Shown here: positions 8,496 through 18,837 of the stretch, piece after piece
How the letters are laid out: each line of letters starts with the position of its first letter
How positions within the stretch are numbered: the first letter of the stretch is position 1
Assembly: GCA_963662405.2 (NCBI GenBank)
Contig: CAXXKT010000001.1
Span: 160,001-224,000, forward strand
DNA length: 64,000 nucleotides
Direction of reading: 5' to 3'
Source: Syntrophales bacterium
GTDB lineage: Bacteria > Desulfobacterota > Syntrophia > Syntrophales > UBA2210
Translations under genes and position numbers: made by a program
Notes under the pieces: model-generated
The model's input: only the letters and a program-made list of their open reading frames with translations
Told to the model about the DNA's origin: nothing
The model's database searches: none

Positions 8496-11189
8496 ATGGA
8501 CAAGAAAATCACCTTAACGATCGATGGGAAGGCGTGTGAGGCTTCTCCAGACCAAACCATCTTGGATGTCGCGAGGGCTGCCGGAATTCATATCCCCACT
8601 CTCTGTTATTTCAAGGGAACCACCAATGTGGGAGCCTGCAGGGTATGCGTCGTGGAGGTGGAAAACGCCCGGTCGCTGGTTGCGTCGTGTTGTATGCCGG
8701 TCAGCCAGGGAATGGTCGTCACGACCAACTCGGAGCGGGTCCTTACGGCCCGAAAGATGGTAGTGGAACTCCTCTGGTCGTCCGGAAATCACAATTGTCT
8801 TCAGTGCGAACAGAACGGAAACTGCGAACTCCAGGACCTCGTCTATGAACTGGGTATCGAACAGCCTCGCTTCGAGATCGAATCCCCGGGGTACGAAACA
8901 GAAGAAACCAATGCCATGATACAGCGGGACCTGAACAAGTGCATCCTCTGCGGGAGATGCGTCCGCGTCTGTAACGAGATCCAGGTCCACGAGGTCCTCG
9001 ACTTTTCCATGCGCGGATCACACGCGAAGGTCGGCCCCGCCTTCGGTGAGGACTACATCGATTCGAACTGCGTCTTCTGCGGCTCATGTGTAGACGCCTG
9101 TCCCGTCGGTGCCCTGACGTTCAAACAGGCACGGTTCAAGGGGCGCCCGTGGGAGATCGAAAAAGTCCGTACCACCTGCCCCTATTGCGGCGTGGGATGC
9201 CAGATGGACCTCAACATCAGCGAGGGAAAGATCATCAAGGTCACGGCCGACCGGGAGTACGGCAAACCCAATGAGGGGATGCTCTGCTCGAAGGGGCGAT
9301 TCGGAATGAACTTTATCGACAGCCCCGACCGCCTGAAAATGCCCCTCATCCGCAAGAACGGGGAACTCCAGGAGGCGACCTGGAACGAGGCCTATGACTA
9401 CATCACGAAAAAGCTGACCGGCATCAAAGAAAAGAACGGCCCCGACAGTATCGCGGGGCTTTCCTCGGCCCGGGTCACCAATGAAGAAAACTATCTCTTC
9501 CAGAAATTCATGCGAGCGGTGATCGGAACAAACAATGTCGATCACTGCGCCCGTCTCTGACACTCCGTCACGGTAGCCGGTCTGGCTGCCACATTCGGAT
9601 CAGGGGCCATGACGAATTCGATCGAGGAGATAGAATTTACGGACGCGATCCTCGCCATCGGGACGAACACGACGGAGAATCACCCGGTGATCGGATCGGG
9701 GGTGAAACGGGCGGTCCGCCGGCGCGGCGCCAAGCTGATCGTGATCGATCCCCGGAAGATCGGTCTCGTCGACTACGCCACCATCTGGCTGCGTCCCCGG
9801 CCCGGCACGAATGTCGCCGTCCTTAACGGCCTGATGAACGTGATCATCGAGGAGAGACTCTACGCCAAGGAATATGTGGCGGAGCGCACCGAGGGGTTCG
9901 AGGCGTTGAAGGAGGCCCTTGCGAAATACACCCCCGAGCATGTCTCGGGGATCACCGGCGTACCGGCCGAGGATATCAGGAAAGCCGCCCGGATATATGC
10001 CGAGGCGAAGAGCGCTTCCATCCTGTACGCCATGGGAATCACCCAGCACACGCACGGTACCGACAATGTGAAATCCTGCGCCAATCTGGCGATGCTGTGC
10101 GGCAATGTCGGGATCGAAGGGGGCGGTGTCAACCCCCTCAGGGGCCAGAACAACGTCCAGGGGGCCTGCGACATGGGGGCGCTTCCCAACGTCTTCCCCG
10201 CATACCAGCAGGTCGCCAATGACGAGGCCCGGGTAAAGTTTGAACAGGCGTGGAACGCCTCGCTCCCCGCAAAACCGGGGCTGACGATCATGGAGATCAT
10301 GGACGCGGCCCACCGGGGAGACCTCAAGGCCCTGTATATCATGGGCGAAAATCCGATGATGTCGGACCCCGATCTCTCTCATGTCGAGGCGGCATTGAAA
10401 AACCTTGATCTTCTCGTTGTCCAGGATATCTTCCTGAATGAAACGGGGCAACTTGCCGACGTGGTCCTCCCCTCCGCCTGTTTTGCCGAAAAGGACGGGA
10501 CCTTCTCCAATACGGAGCGGAGGGTCCAGCGCATCCGCAAGGCCGTGGATGCCCCCGGCGAGGCGAAGGCCGACTGGCAGATCATCTCCGACCTGGCGAC
10601 GCGGATGGGGTACGCCATGAGTTATGCCTCCGCCAAGGAGATCATGGACGAGATCAACACCGTGACCCCCAGCTACGCGGGGATCACGTACGAGCGGATC
10701 GAAGAGGAAGGGCTTCAGTGGCCCTGCCCCACGCTCGAGCATCCCGGGACGAAATACCTGCACAAGGACAAGTTCTCCCGGGGACTGGGACTCTTTTCAG
10801 CGATCGAGTACCGGTCGTCTGAAGAGGTACCGGACAAGGAATACCCCTTCTTCCTCACGACCGGACGCGTTCTCTACCACTTCCACACGGCGACCATGAC
10901 CCGCAGGAGTAAAGGGCTCGTCGAGCGGTACCCGGAGAGTCTGGCGGAGATTAACCCCACAGACGCCGGGAAGCTGGGAATCAAAGATGGAGACTTCGTG
11001 ACCGTCACATCGCGGCGCGGGAGTCTCAAGGTGAAGGCCAGCGTGGTGGAGACCCCGCCGGAGGGGACGATCTTCATGAATTTCCACTTCAGCGAGGCGG
11101 CGGTGAATCTCCTGACTAACCCCGCGCTCGACCCGGTGGGGAAGATCCCCGAATACAAGGTCTGCGCGGTGAAGATCGAGGCCGCGTAA
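8496..11189 (+). CDS. fdhF: Selenocysteine-containing cytoplasmic formate dehydrogenase alpha subunit (897 aa; N-terminal 2Fe-2S/4Fe-4S domains); joins ORFs 8496-9560 and 9609-11189
   Basis: In-frame TGA at 9558-9560 in [50 protein letters not shown] follows. Confidence 0.95.
9572..9590 (+). promoter_or_regulatory. Bacterial SECIS hairpin
   Basis: GGTAGCC-GGTCT-GGCTGCC, 11 nt after the TGA, like the E. coli fdhF SECIS. Confidence 0.88.
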
Positions 11190-11228
11190 ACATTCGTTAG
11201 AACCAAACCGCAACGCGGGAGTAAATAC

Positions 11229-11260
11229 AAAAGGAGACGGCTTCAGGGCCGTCTCCTTTT
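11229..11260. terminator. Bidirectional intrinsic terminator between convergent fdh genes
   Basis: AAAAGGAGACGGC-TTCAGG-GCCGTCTCCTTTT. Confidence 0.9.
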
Positions 11261-11284
11261 ATTGTTTTGATCTGCTGCCTATTG

Positions 11285-13978
11285 TTACAGTTTTTCCAGC
11301 GTCACGGCGCAGGCCTTATACTCGGCGGTCTGCGTGGCGGGATCGAATACCGGATTGGTAAGCCAGTTCGCGCATCCCTCGCGGAAATGGAATGCCATCC
11401 AGACCATTCCCGGCGGGACCTGCTCCGTCACCTTGGCCTTGACCTTCACGTCGCCGCGTCTCGACCGGACCCGGATCATCTCGTCGTGGGCGATACCGAG
11501 GCTCCTGGCATCGGCAGCCGATATGTCGGCCGTCTCCTCGGGGAGGAGGAAGTCCATTCCGGCGCGGCCGGTCTGCGTCCGGGTGTGGTACTGGTAGAGC
11601 CGCCTCCCCGTGCTGAGAACGAAGGGGTACTCCTTGTCGGGGACCTCCGCCGGCGGCGTCCAGTCCACCGCATTGAATTGACCCAGCCCGCAGGTGAACT
11701 TCCCTTCCCGGTGGAGAAAAGCCGTACCGGGGTGCTCCTCATCGGGGCACGGCCACTGGAGTCCGTCGTTCTCGATCCGCCGGTATTTGATGCCGCAGAG
11801 GGCCGGCGCCAGGACGGATACCTCGTTGTCCCAGATCTCCTGGGAGCTTTCAGAGGCCCACTCGTGCCCCATGCGTTTCGCGATCTCTCTGAAGATCCAC
11901 CAGTTGGGCCTCGCGATTCCCGGGGGCTCGCTGACCTTTCGGACGCGGTTGACCCGGCGCTCACTGTTCGTGAAGGTCCCGTCGTCTTCGCACCAGGCGG
12001 CGGCCGGGAGGATCACGTCGGCGAATCGCGTCGTCTCGGTGGGGAAGATATCCTGGCAGACGATGAATTCGGCCGCCGCAAGTTCCTCTTCCACCTTGGT
12101 GATATCGGGCTCGCTGTTCGCCAGGTTCTCACCGAAGATATAAAAGGCCTTCACCGCCCCGCTCTTCAGCCCCTCCATCATCTGGGGGATCATAAGACCG
12201 TTCGCGCCGGGAAGATCCTTCACGCCCCATGCCTTCTCGAACTTGGCACGGGCATCGGCGTTGGCGACCTGCTGGTAGCCGGGAAAAACGTTGGGGAGGG
12301 CACCCATGTCGCAGGCCCCCTGGACGTTGTTCTGACCGCGGAGGGGATTGACACCCCCGCACTCCTTCCCCATGTTCCCCAGGAGCATCTGGAGATTCGC
12401 CGTGGACATGACGTTGTTCTTGCCGCAGGTGTGCTCGGTGATCCCGAGGGTGTAGCAGAGCATGCAGGATTCGGCGGCCGCCAGGCGGCGGGCCACGTCA
12501 CGGATCATCTCTTCGGATACACCTGCCACCTCCGCCGCCCGTGACACCGGATATTCGAGGACCTTCTCCTTCAGTTCCTCGAACCCGACACAGCATGTCG
12601 ATATGAACTCTTTATCGTACAGGTCTTCGGTGATGAGGACGTTCATCACCCCGTTCAGAAAAGCGATATCGGACCCCACCTTGATGGGGACATGGAGCGA
12701 GGCGAAGTCGACCAGGGGCTGTCTCCGCGGATCGACCACGATCAGCTCGGCCCCTTTGCGCACGGCATTCTTGAGGAAGGTCGCCGCCACGGGGTGGGCC
12801 TCGATCATGTTGGTGCCGATGCAGAAGAACATCTTCGCCCGGCTGAACTCGTCAAAGGAATTGGTCATGGCCCCGGAACCGAAGGAAGCCGCCAGACCGG
12901 CGACTGTGGGGGCGTGTCAGGTACGGGCACAGTGATCGATGTTGTTTGTCCCCAGCACCGATCGGAAGAGTTTCTGCATCTGGTAGGAGTCTTCGTTGAT
13001 GCTGCGGGCACAGCTGACACCGGCGATGGCATCGGGCCCGTCCTTTTCGATGATCTCCTTGAACTTGGAGGCGACGAGATCCAGGGCCTCGTCCCATGAG
13101 GCCTCCCGGAAATCCCCTCCCTTCTTGATGAGGGGCGTGGTCAACCGGTCCTCCGAGTAGATAAAGTCATAGGCGAAGCGTCCCTTCACACAGAGACGGC
13201 CCTTGTTCGGCGCGCCGTCCTCGACGGCGGTCACCTTGGCAACCTTTCCTTCCTTGTTGACATGGAGCCACATCTGGCAACCCACACCGCAGTAGGGACA
13301 GGTGGTACGCACCTTTTTCATATCCCAAGGGCGCCCCTTGTACCGCGATTTCTTCTCGATCAGGGCACCGACGGGGCAGACCTCAACGCACTGACCGCAA
13401 AAGACACAGTCACTATCGAAATAGGGCTGATCGGTTCCCGCGATGATCTTCAGATCCGATCCCCGGTAGCCGTAGCTGAGGGCCCGGTTGACCACGAGTT
13501 CGTTGCAGGCCTGGACACAACGGCCGCAGCGGATACACCGGGTGAAATCGCGGATGATAAAGGGATTATCATCTTCTTTCGGGTACGGCTGCGGGCTGCT
13601 GGCGAAGGGGACATAGTCAACCTCGTACCGGTAGGCCAGATCCTGCAGCTTGCAGTTGCCGTTCGCCTCGCAGGAGATGCACTCATGAGCGCCGCTGGCG
13701 AGGAGAAGTTCCACATTCAGTTTCCGCGCCCGGCGGACCCGGTCCGACTCGCTCCATATCTCCATACCCGCCGTCGCCGGCGTGCTGCAGGCGGCAACGA
13801 GGGATCGTGCCCCCGTCACCTCGACCAGGCACATGCGGCATGCACCCGTGGGTGTGGCGCCCTTCAGATAGCAGAGCGTCGGGATGTCGACTCCGTTGTC
13901 CGTTGCGACATCGAGAATTGTCTGCCCGGGCTCGAACGCAACGGGTTTCCCGTCCAATTGTAACGTTGCTGTGGCCAT
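11285..13978 (-). CDS. fdhF: Second selenocysteine formate dehydrogenase alpha subunit (897 aa); joins ORFs 12917-13978 and 11285-12868
   Basis: In-frame TGA at 12917-12919 in DHCART-U-HAPTVAGL; same Fe-S and pterin-binding motifs. Confidence 0.95.
12887..12905 (-). promoter_or_regulatory. Bacterial SECIS hairpin
   Basis: AGTCGCC-GGTCT-GGCGGCT, 11 nt after the TGA on minus strand. Confidence 0.88.
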
Positions 13979-14404
13979 GATTTCACCTCGTTATGTAATT
14001 ATCGGTTCTATAACAACTCGGCTCGGTCTCAATAAGAAAATCTGGAATGATACAATTGATCACCCGGTTGCGGCCCACCGAGAGCCATGAAATGCATGAT
14101 TCGGTATTAAAAATATACCAGTGACGACATAAGTCAATAATGGCATATTGTCAACCCTTTTATCGTCCCCCCGTGATTTCTTGCTGCTACGGAAGAACAG
14201 AGAGAGTAAAATCGAGGCGGATTTCATCCGGCGTATGGCGAATAAAGCTATAAGTTGGTAAATGATAATTGCGATGGATAGAGGTCTTTCCCAAAATTAT
14301 AAAAAGAGGGAAATTACCAAAAATGTGTGAAAAACACTTGCATTCCCCCCCCGTTGATGTAAATGAAACGAGGAAATTTATTCGAATGAGGAAAGGACGC
14401 TCAA

Positions 14405-15421
14405 ATGCAGATAATTCAACGAAGATGGTTCTATCTATCCGTCATGATGATAATCATGACGTTTTTCGCCCTGCAGGCATGCAAGAAAGGGGACGAAAAG
14501 CCTCCCGAGGGAGCTGTAGCGGTGGTTAATGGGGAGATCATCACACAGGAGGAATTCGACTCCGAACTTGCCATCATGCAAAAACAGCTCGCCAATATGG
14601 GGCAAGCGGGCGATGAGAAGCTTGCCACGATCAAGGGTAACATCCTCGAAAATCTGATTACCCGGAAGGTCCTCTCCCAGGAGAGCACGAAAAAAGGGAT
14701 CGGAGCAGATGAGGCAACCATCGATGAGCGCCTTGCCAACATCAAGACACGTTTTTCACAGGAAGGAAGTTTCGAGAAGATGCTCCAAGATATGCATCTT
14801 ACCGAAGACGCACTCAGGGACCAGTTACGGAAAGGGATGGTAATTCAGAAACTGATAGAACAGGAAGTCATCAGCCATATTGAGATATCGGACCAGGAGT
14901 CAAAAGACTATTACGATAAAAACCCCAATCTTTTTAAACAACCCGAAAAGATACAGGCACGTCATATTCTTGTCAAGATTGAACCGGAAGGGGACGAGAC
15001 CAAAAAGGCCGAGGCCCTGCAAGAGATCAAGAAGATACAGGAAGAGCTGAAGAAGGGGGGAGATTTTGCGGAGCTGGCCAAGAAACACTCCCAGTGCCCC
15101 AGCAGCGCGAAAGGTGGGGACCTCGGGGCCTTCGCTCGGGGACAGATGGTAAAACCATTTGAAGACGCCGCCTTCTCATTGAAGGAAGGCGAAACAAGCG
15201 ATATCGTTGAGACCCAGTTCGGCTATCATCTCATACAGGCGGGAAGCCGAACACCGGAAACCGCCAGCGCATACGATGACATCAAAGACAGACTTGCCCA
15301 ATATCTGAAGCGCATGAAGGCCGATACGGAGGCGGAAAAATATGTTGAAGGATTGAAGGAATCAGCTGAAATAAAGCGGTTCCTCTCCGTTGAGGATACA
15401 GGGGAGGAAAAAGCCAAGTAA
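14405..15421 (+). CDS. Parvulin-type peptidyl-prolyl isomerase lipoprotein (SurA/PrsA-like)
   Basis: Lipobox LQAC; AVVNGEIIT, ARHILV, FAELAKKHS, GGDLG, ETQFGYHLI. Confidence 0.93.
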   Translation: MQIIQRRWFYLSVMMIIMTFFALQACKKGDEKPPEGAVAVVNGEIITQEEFDSELAIMQKQLANMGQAGDEKLATIKGNILENLITRKVLSQESTKKGIGADEATIDERLANIKTRFSQEGSFEKMLQDMHLTEDALRDQLRKGMVIQKLIEQEVISHIEISDQESKDYYDKNPNLFKQPEKIQARHILVKIEPEGDETKKAEALQEIKKIQEELKKGGDFAELAKKHSQCPSSAKGGDLGAFARGQMVKPFEDAAFSLKEGETSDIVETQFGYHLIQAGSRTPETASAYDDIKDRLAQYLKRMKADTEAEKYVEGLKESAEIKRFLSVEDTGEEKAK

Positions 15422-15598
15422 GCCCCGGCGGTATGTGGCCGCACGTATTCCCCTTTTCTCGAAATTTGCGTGGGCCTTTTGTGGACACCACTGCTGTAGA
15501 TTGATTCTGCCGCTCTTCTCAGGCAGACCGAAAGAAACGAGGCCGTGCTCCATGAAACTAATCGACTTAATCCTGGTTGCATCTGCATAAACGCGCTG

Positions 15599-15636
15599 AA
15601 AGAGGAAAGGGGATATCCCTTTCCTCTTTTGTTTTT
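15599..15636 (+). terminator. Intrinsic terminator-like hairpin about 50 nt before the enoyl-CoA hydratase start
   Basis: AAAGAGGAAAGGG-GATAT-CCCTTTCCTCTTT then TGTTTTT. Confidence 0.75.
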
Positions 15637-15686
15637 AACAGCAGTCAACAACCTGAATACCAGAGAACGAAAGGGGGGAAACACAC

Positions 15687-16451
15687 ATGGAATTCAAGAA
15701 TATACTCTACGACAAGAAGGGGCACATTGCCATATTGACCCTGAATCGTCCGCCGGCGAACTCGGTGAACCTTGCCACGTTGACCGACATTGAAGCCGCC
15801 CTCGATGCCGCCGAGCAGGATAAAGAGGTGCGGGTGCTCGTCGTGACGGGGGCGGGAGATAAAGGCTTCTCCGCCGGTTTCGATGTCAGTGATGCCGCCA
15901 ACGGCCACATTACCGGTCCCAAGGGGCAGGCGGTCTGGACGAGGATCGACCGGTTCACCAAACCGGTTATCGCCGCGATCAACGGCTATGCCTTCGGTGG
16001 CGGCTGTGAACTGGCCATGGCATCGACCTTCCGGGTCATGCAGGAGAACGCAAAGATCGGTCTCACGGAACTGAATCTCGGGATTATCCCCGGCTGGGGT
16101 GGAACTCAGCGCATGCCCCGGATTCTGGGCAAATCGAAGGCCCTCGAGTTGATCCTCTTCAGTAAACGCCTGACCGCCGCCGAGGCCCTGGAGATCGGAC
16201 TGGTGGACCGAGTCTCTGCCGAAGGGGAGCTGATGAAGGACGTCATGGAGATGGCCGATTTCTTGGCGAAACGTCCTCCCCTCGCCGTCACGGCCGTACT
16301 CAAGGCGGTAACAACCGGGCTCGAAAAAGGGCTGGACGAGGGAACAAAGGTGGAATGGGAAGGGACCCAGACGGTTTCGTCATCAAAGGATGCTATTGAG
16401 GGCTTCACCGCCTTCATGGAGAAACGCGCGCCCAATTTCACGGGCGAATAA
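15687..16451 (+). CDS. Enoyl-CoA hydratase (crotonase family)
   Basis: FSAGFD, KPVIAAINGYAFGGGCELA, GIIPGWGGTQR. Confidence 0.95.
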   Translation: MEFKNILYDKKGHIAILTLNRPPANSVNLATLTDIEAALDAAEQDKEVRVLVVTGAGDKGFSAGFDVSDAANGHITGPKGQAVWTRIDRFTKPVIAAINGYAFGGGCELAMASTFRVMQENAKIGLTELNLGIIPGWGGTQRMPRILGKSKALELILFSKRLTAAEALEIGLVDRVSAEGELMKDVMEMADFLAKRPPLAVTAVLKAVTTGLEKGLDEGTKVEWEGTQTVSSSKDAIEGFTAFMEKRAPNFTGE

Positions 16452-16479
16452 CGTATTTTAGAGGAAAGGAGTCTGGAGT

Positions 16480-17631
16480 ATGAAGCTGGAAGATGTGAAG
16501 AAGATCGTAATGATCGGTGCCGGAGACATGGGACACGGGATTGCCGCCAATTGTCTCCTCGGTGGGTACACGGTGGTGCTCCGCGATATCAAACAGGAGT
16601 TTGTTGATCGCGGAGTCGAGCTTATCAAGAAGAGTTTGGCCAAGTTCAAGGAAAAGGGGAAGATTAGCCCTGAGGCCTATGACGACGCGCTGGCACGGCT
16701 GATCCCCATGGTTGATCTTGCAGAGGCGGTCACGGATGCCGATTTCATCATCGAGGCGGTCCCGGAGAAGCTGGAACTCAAGAAGAGTGTCCTTGCCGAA
16801 CTCGACAAGCTCTCCCCCAAACATGCCATCCTCGCTTCCAATACGTCCAACATCAGCATTACCGAACTTGCGAAGGCAACGAACAGGCCGGACAAGGTGA
16901 TCGGGTACCATTTTTTCAACCCCGCCATCCTGATGAAGCTGGTTGAGGTCACCCGGGGTGCTCAGTCTTCGGATGAATCGATCCAGATCGGTTACGAACT
17001 GGCGAAAAAGATCAACAAGGTACCCGTCATCGTCGAGAAGGATTCCCCCGGGTTCATCTACAATCGTGTTAACGAGCCAACCCTGGTATTCCTCTCCGAG
17101 ATCTTGAGAGTGGGACACCCCACACCGGAGGAGTTCGACGCGGCAATGAAACCCTTCACTCCGATGACACCCTTCGAGCTTCTCGATTACGTGGGAATCG
17201 ATGTCGCATACCACGGTCTGGAATATTTCGCGGAGGTCCTCTCCTCCGACTACACACCCTCCGAGGCGATGGGCGAGTACATCAAATCGGGTAACTTGGG
17301 GAAAAAGACGGGAAAGGGTTTCTACGACTGGTCCCAGGGAAGACCACAGATCGATCTCTCCAAGGCGACGAAGGAATATGACATGAATCATCTGATTGCC
17401 TTACAAGTGAACGAGGCGACAAAGCTGATCGATGAGGGAGTCTGCCCCGATCCGAAGGAGATCGATCTGGCCATGGCGAACGGCGGCGGTTCACCCTTCG
17501 GCCCCTTTGCGCTGGCAAAGGGGATCGGGTACGACGTCCTGAACGCGAAACTGGAAGAAATTTATGACAAATTCAAGCTGGAGATCTTCAAACCCACGAA
17601 ACTCATGAAAGAGGGAAAGATCGAGGTTTAG
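16480..17631 (+). CDS. 3-hydroxyacyl-CoA dehydrogenase
   Basis: GAGDMGHGIA, EAVPEKLELK, LASNTS, HFFNP, PGFIYNR. Confidence 0.95.
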   Translation: MKLEDVKKIVMIGAGDMGHGIAANCLLGGYTVVLRDIKQEFVDRGVELIKKSLAKFKEKGKISPEAYDDALARLIPMVDLAEAVTDADFIIEAVPEKLELKKSVLAELDKLSPKHAILASNTSNISITELAKATNRPDKVIGYHFFNPAILMKLVEVTRGAQSSDESIQIGYELAKKINKVPVIVEKDSPGFIYNRVNEPTLVFLSEILRVGHPTPEEFDAAMKPFTPMTPFELLDYVGIDVAYHGLEYFAEVLSSDYTPSEAMGEYIKSGNLGKKTGKGFYDWSQGRPQIDLSKATKEYDMNHLIALQVNEATKLIDEGVCPDPKEIDLAMANGGGSPFGPFALAKGIGYDVLNAKLEEIYDKFKLEIFKPTKLMKEGKIEV

Positions 17632-17646
17632 CCATTCACTGGCAAC

Positions 17647-17688
17647 GGGAAGGGGCACGGCCCTTTACACAGGGCCGTGCCCCTTCCC
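17647..17688. terminator. Long GC hairpin after the beta-oxidation genes (terminator or REP-like)
   Basis: GGGAAGGGGCACGGCCCT-TTACAC-AGGGCCGTGCCCCTTCCC; no U-tract. Confidence 0.6.
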
Positions 17689-17787
17689 TCGCCCGGCACG
17701 AAACCGCGGACTGCCTCCGTGCGAATCCCTTCAAAGCCCAGTCAACCGAACCCGTCGGCGCGGTGGCATTTTTCCGGAGAAACTGAC

Positions 17788-18183
17788 ATGATCCCCAAAG
17801 GTGTTCGGTACGGGTGGTATGGAGGAATTATCGGAGGATACCTGTTCCTGCCGACCGGTTCTCTGATCTTCCTGTTCACGCAACACTACGGATATGGCGT
17901 CATATGCATGGCGGTGTATATCGGCATAATCATGTATGCCCTTCTGGTCGCGCCGTGGAAGTATCCCGACACCTCCTATGGAAAATTGCTGATCCCGGTT
18001 ATTGCTCCGCTGGTCATTATCTCCCTGAGCATCGCGGTCGTGCGATTTGAATACGGGGGACAAACGATACGTTTGTGGCAGCTTATCTTTCTCATTCCGG
18101 TTTTTCTTGTCCCGGTCGTAACCACATGGAAAACGACATACCAAATGGTAACGGGTGATGACAACATTGGTTCTTCTGATTGA
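17788..18183 (+). CDS. Small 4-TM hypothetical membrane protein
   Basis: GGAGA RBS, hydrophobic segments, APWKYPDT motif. Confidence 0.65.
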   Translation: MIPKGVRYGWYGGIIGGYLFLPTGSLIFLFTQHYGYGVICMAVYIGIIMYALLVAPWKYPDTSYGKLLIPVIAPLVIISLSIAVVRFEYGGQTIRLWQLIFLIPVFLVPVVTTWKTTYQMVTGDDNIGSSD

Positions 18184-18326
18184 CCTGCCAACTTCGCGAC
18201 AACCGTGAAGGACAAGATAAGGCACAACGTATTTTCTAATTGACTACATACATTATATGGGATATTAAAGAAAGCTATACCACAACAGGTAGTAGCAAAC
18301 AAATCTTCGCACCGAAGGAGGGCATA

Positions 18327-18710
18327 ATGAATCAGACATTAAAAAATCAGAAGGGTTTTACCTTGATCGAGATCATTGCGGTCCTGATCATCCTGGGTAT
18401 CTTGGCGGCGGTAGCCATTCCGAAGTATATGGATCTGACGTCTGACGCCCAGAAACGGGCCCTGGAAGGGGCGCGGGCCGAGGGCCTGTCGACGGTCAGT
18501 CTCGCCTACGGAAAACTGATGCTCTCGAATAGCGGCACCGCGACGGCCGCTGATATCGTTGCCTATGCAACTGCGAACCCTCCCGCAAGCGATGAATTCA
18601 GCTATACCTTTGCGACCAGCGGATCTAATGTGCTGGTGACGGTGGGCGGCAAGGCAGGATCTGATTTTGCGGGGGCGACTGCTGTCACCAAGACGTGGAA
18701 GAGACCATAA
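18327..18710 (+). CDS. pilA: Type IV pilin, probable major pilin (127 aa precursor)
   Basis: AAGGAGG RBS; KNQKG/FTLIEIIAVLIILGILAAVAIPKY class III signal. Confidence 0.85.
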   Translation: MNQTLKNQKGFTLIEIIAVLIILGILAAVAIPKYMDLTSDAQKRALEGARAEGLSTVSLAYGKLMLSNSGTATAADIVAYATANPPASDEFSYTFATSGSNVLVTVGGKAGSDFAGATAVTKTWKRP

Positions 18711-18837
18711 TCTGCTTACAACACACAATCATCGTTTTCCCGGCCCGGGCAAGTCTCCACCTTGCCTGGGCTTTTTGTGCACCTGTAACCCCCAAAATCC
18801 GGGGTGATGACTGATCGGAGCCGTTTGCACGAACATC

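Noticed and set aside
9600..12544. Long antisense ORFs (9600-10763, 11267-12544; similarly 39184-41291, 43719-45002)
   Set aside because: Shadows of GC-rich genuine genes with no recognisable motifs.
9558..12919. Both fdh genes as pseudogenes or split genes
   Set aside because: The TGAs fall at the catalytic Sec position and have SECIS hairpins.
18327..18710. Electrically conductive pilin
   Set aside because: Mature 117-aa pilin has 9 aromatic residues (7.7%) and lacks aromatics at positions 27 and 32; below commonly used heuristics, so unsupported.
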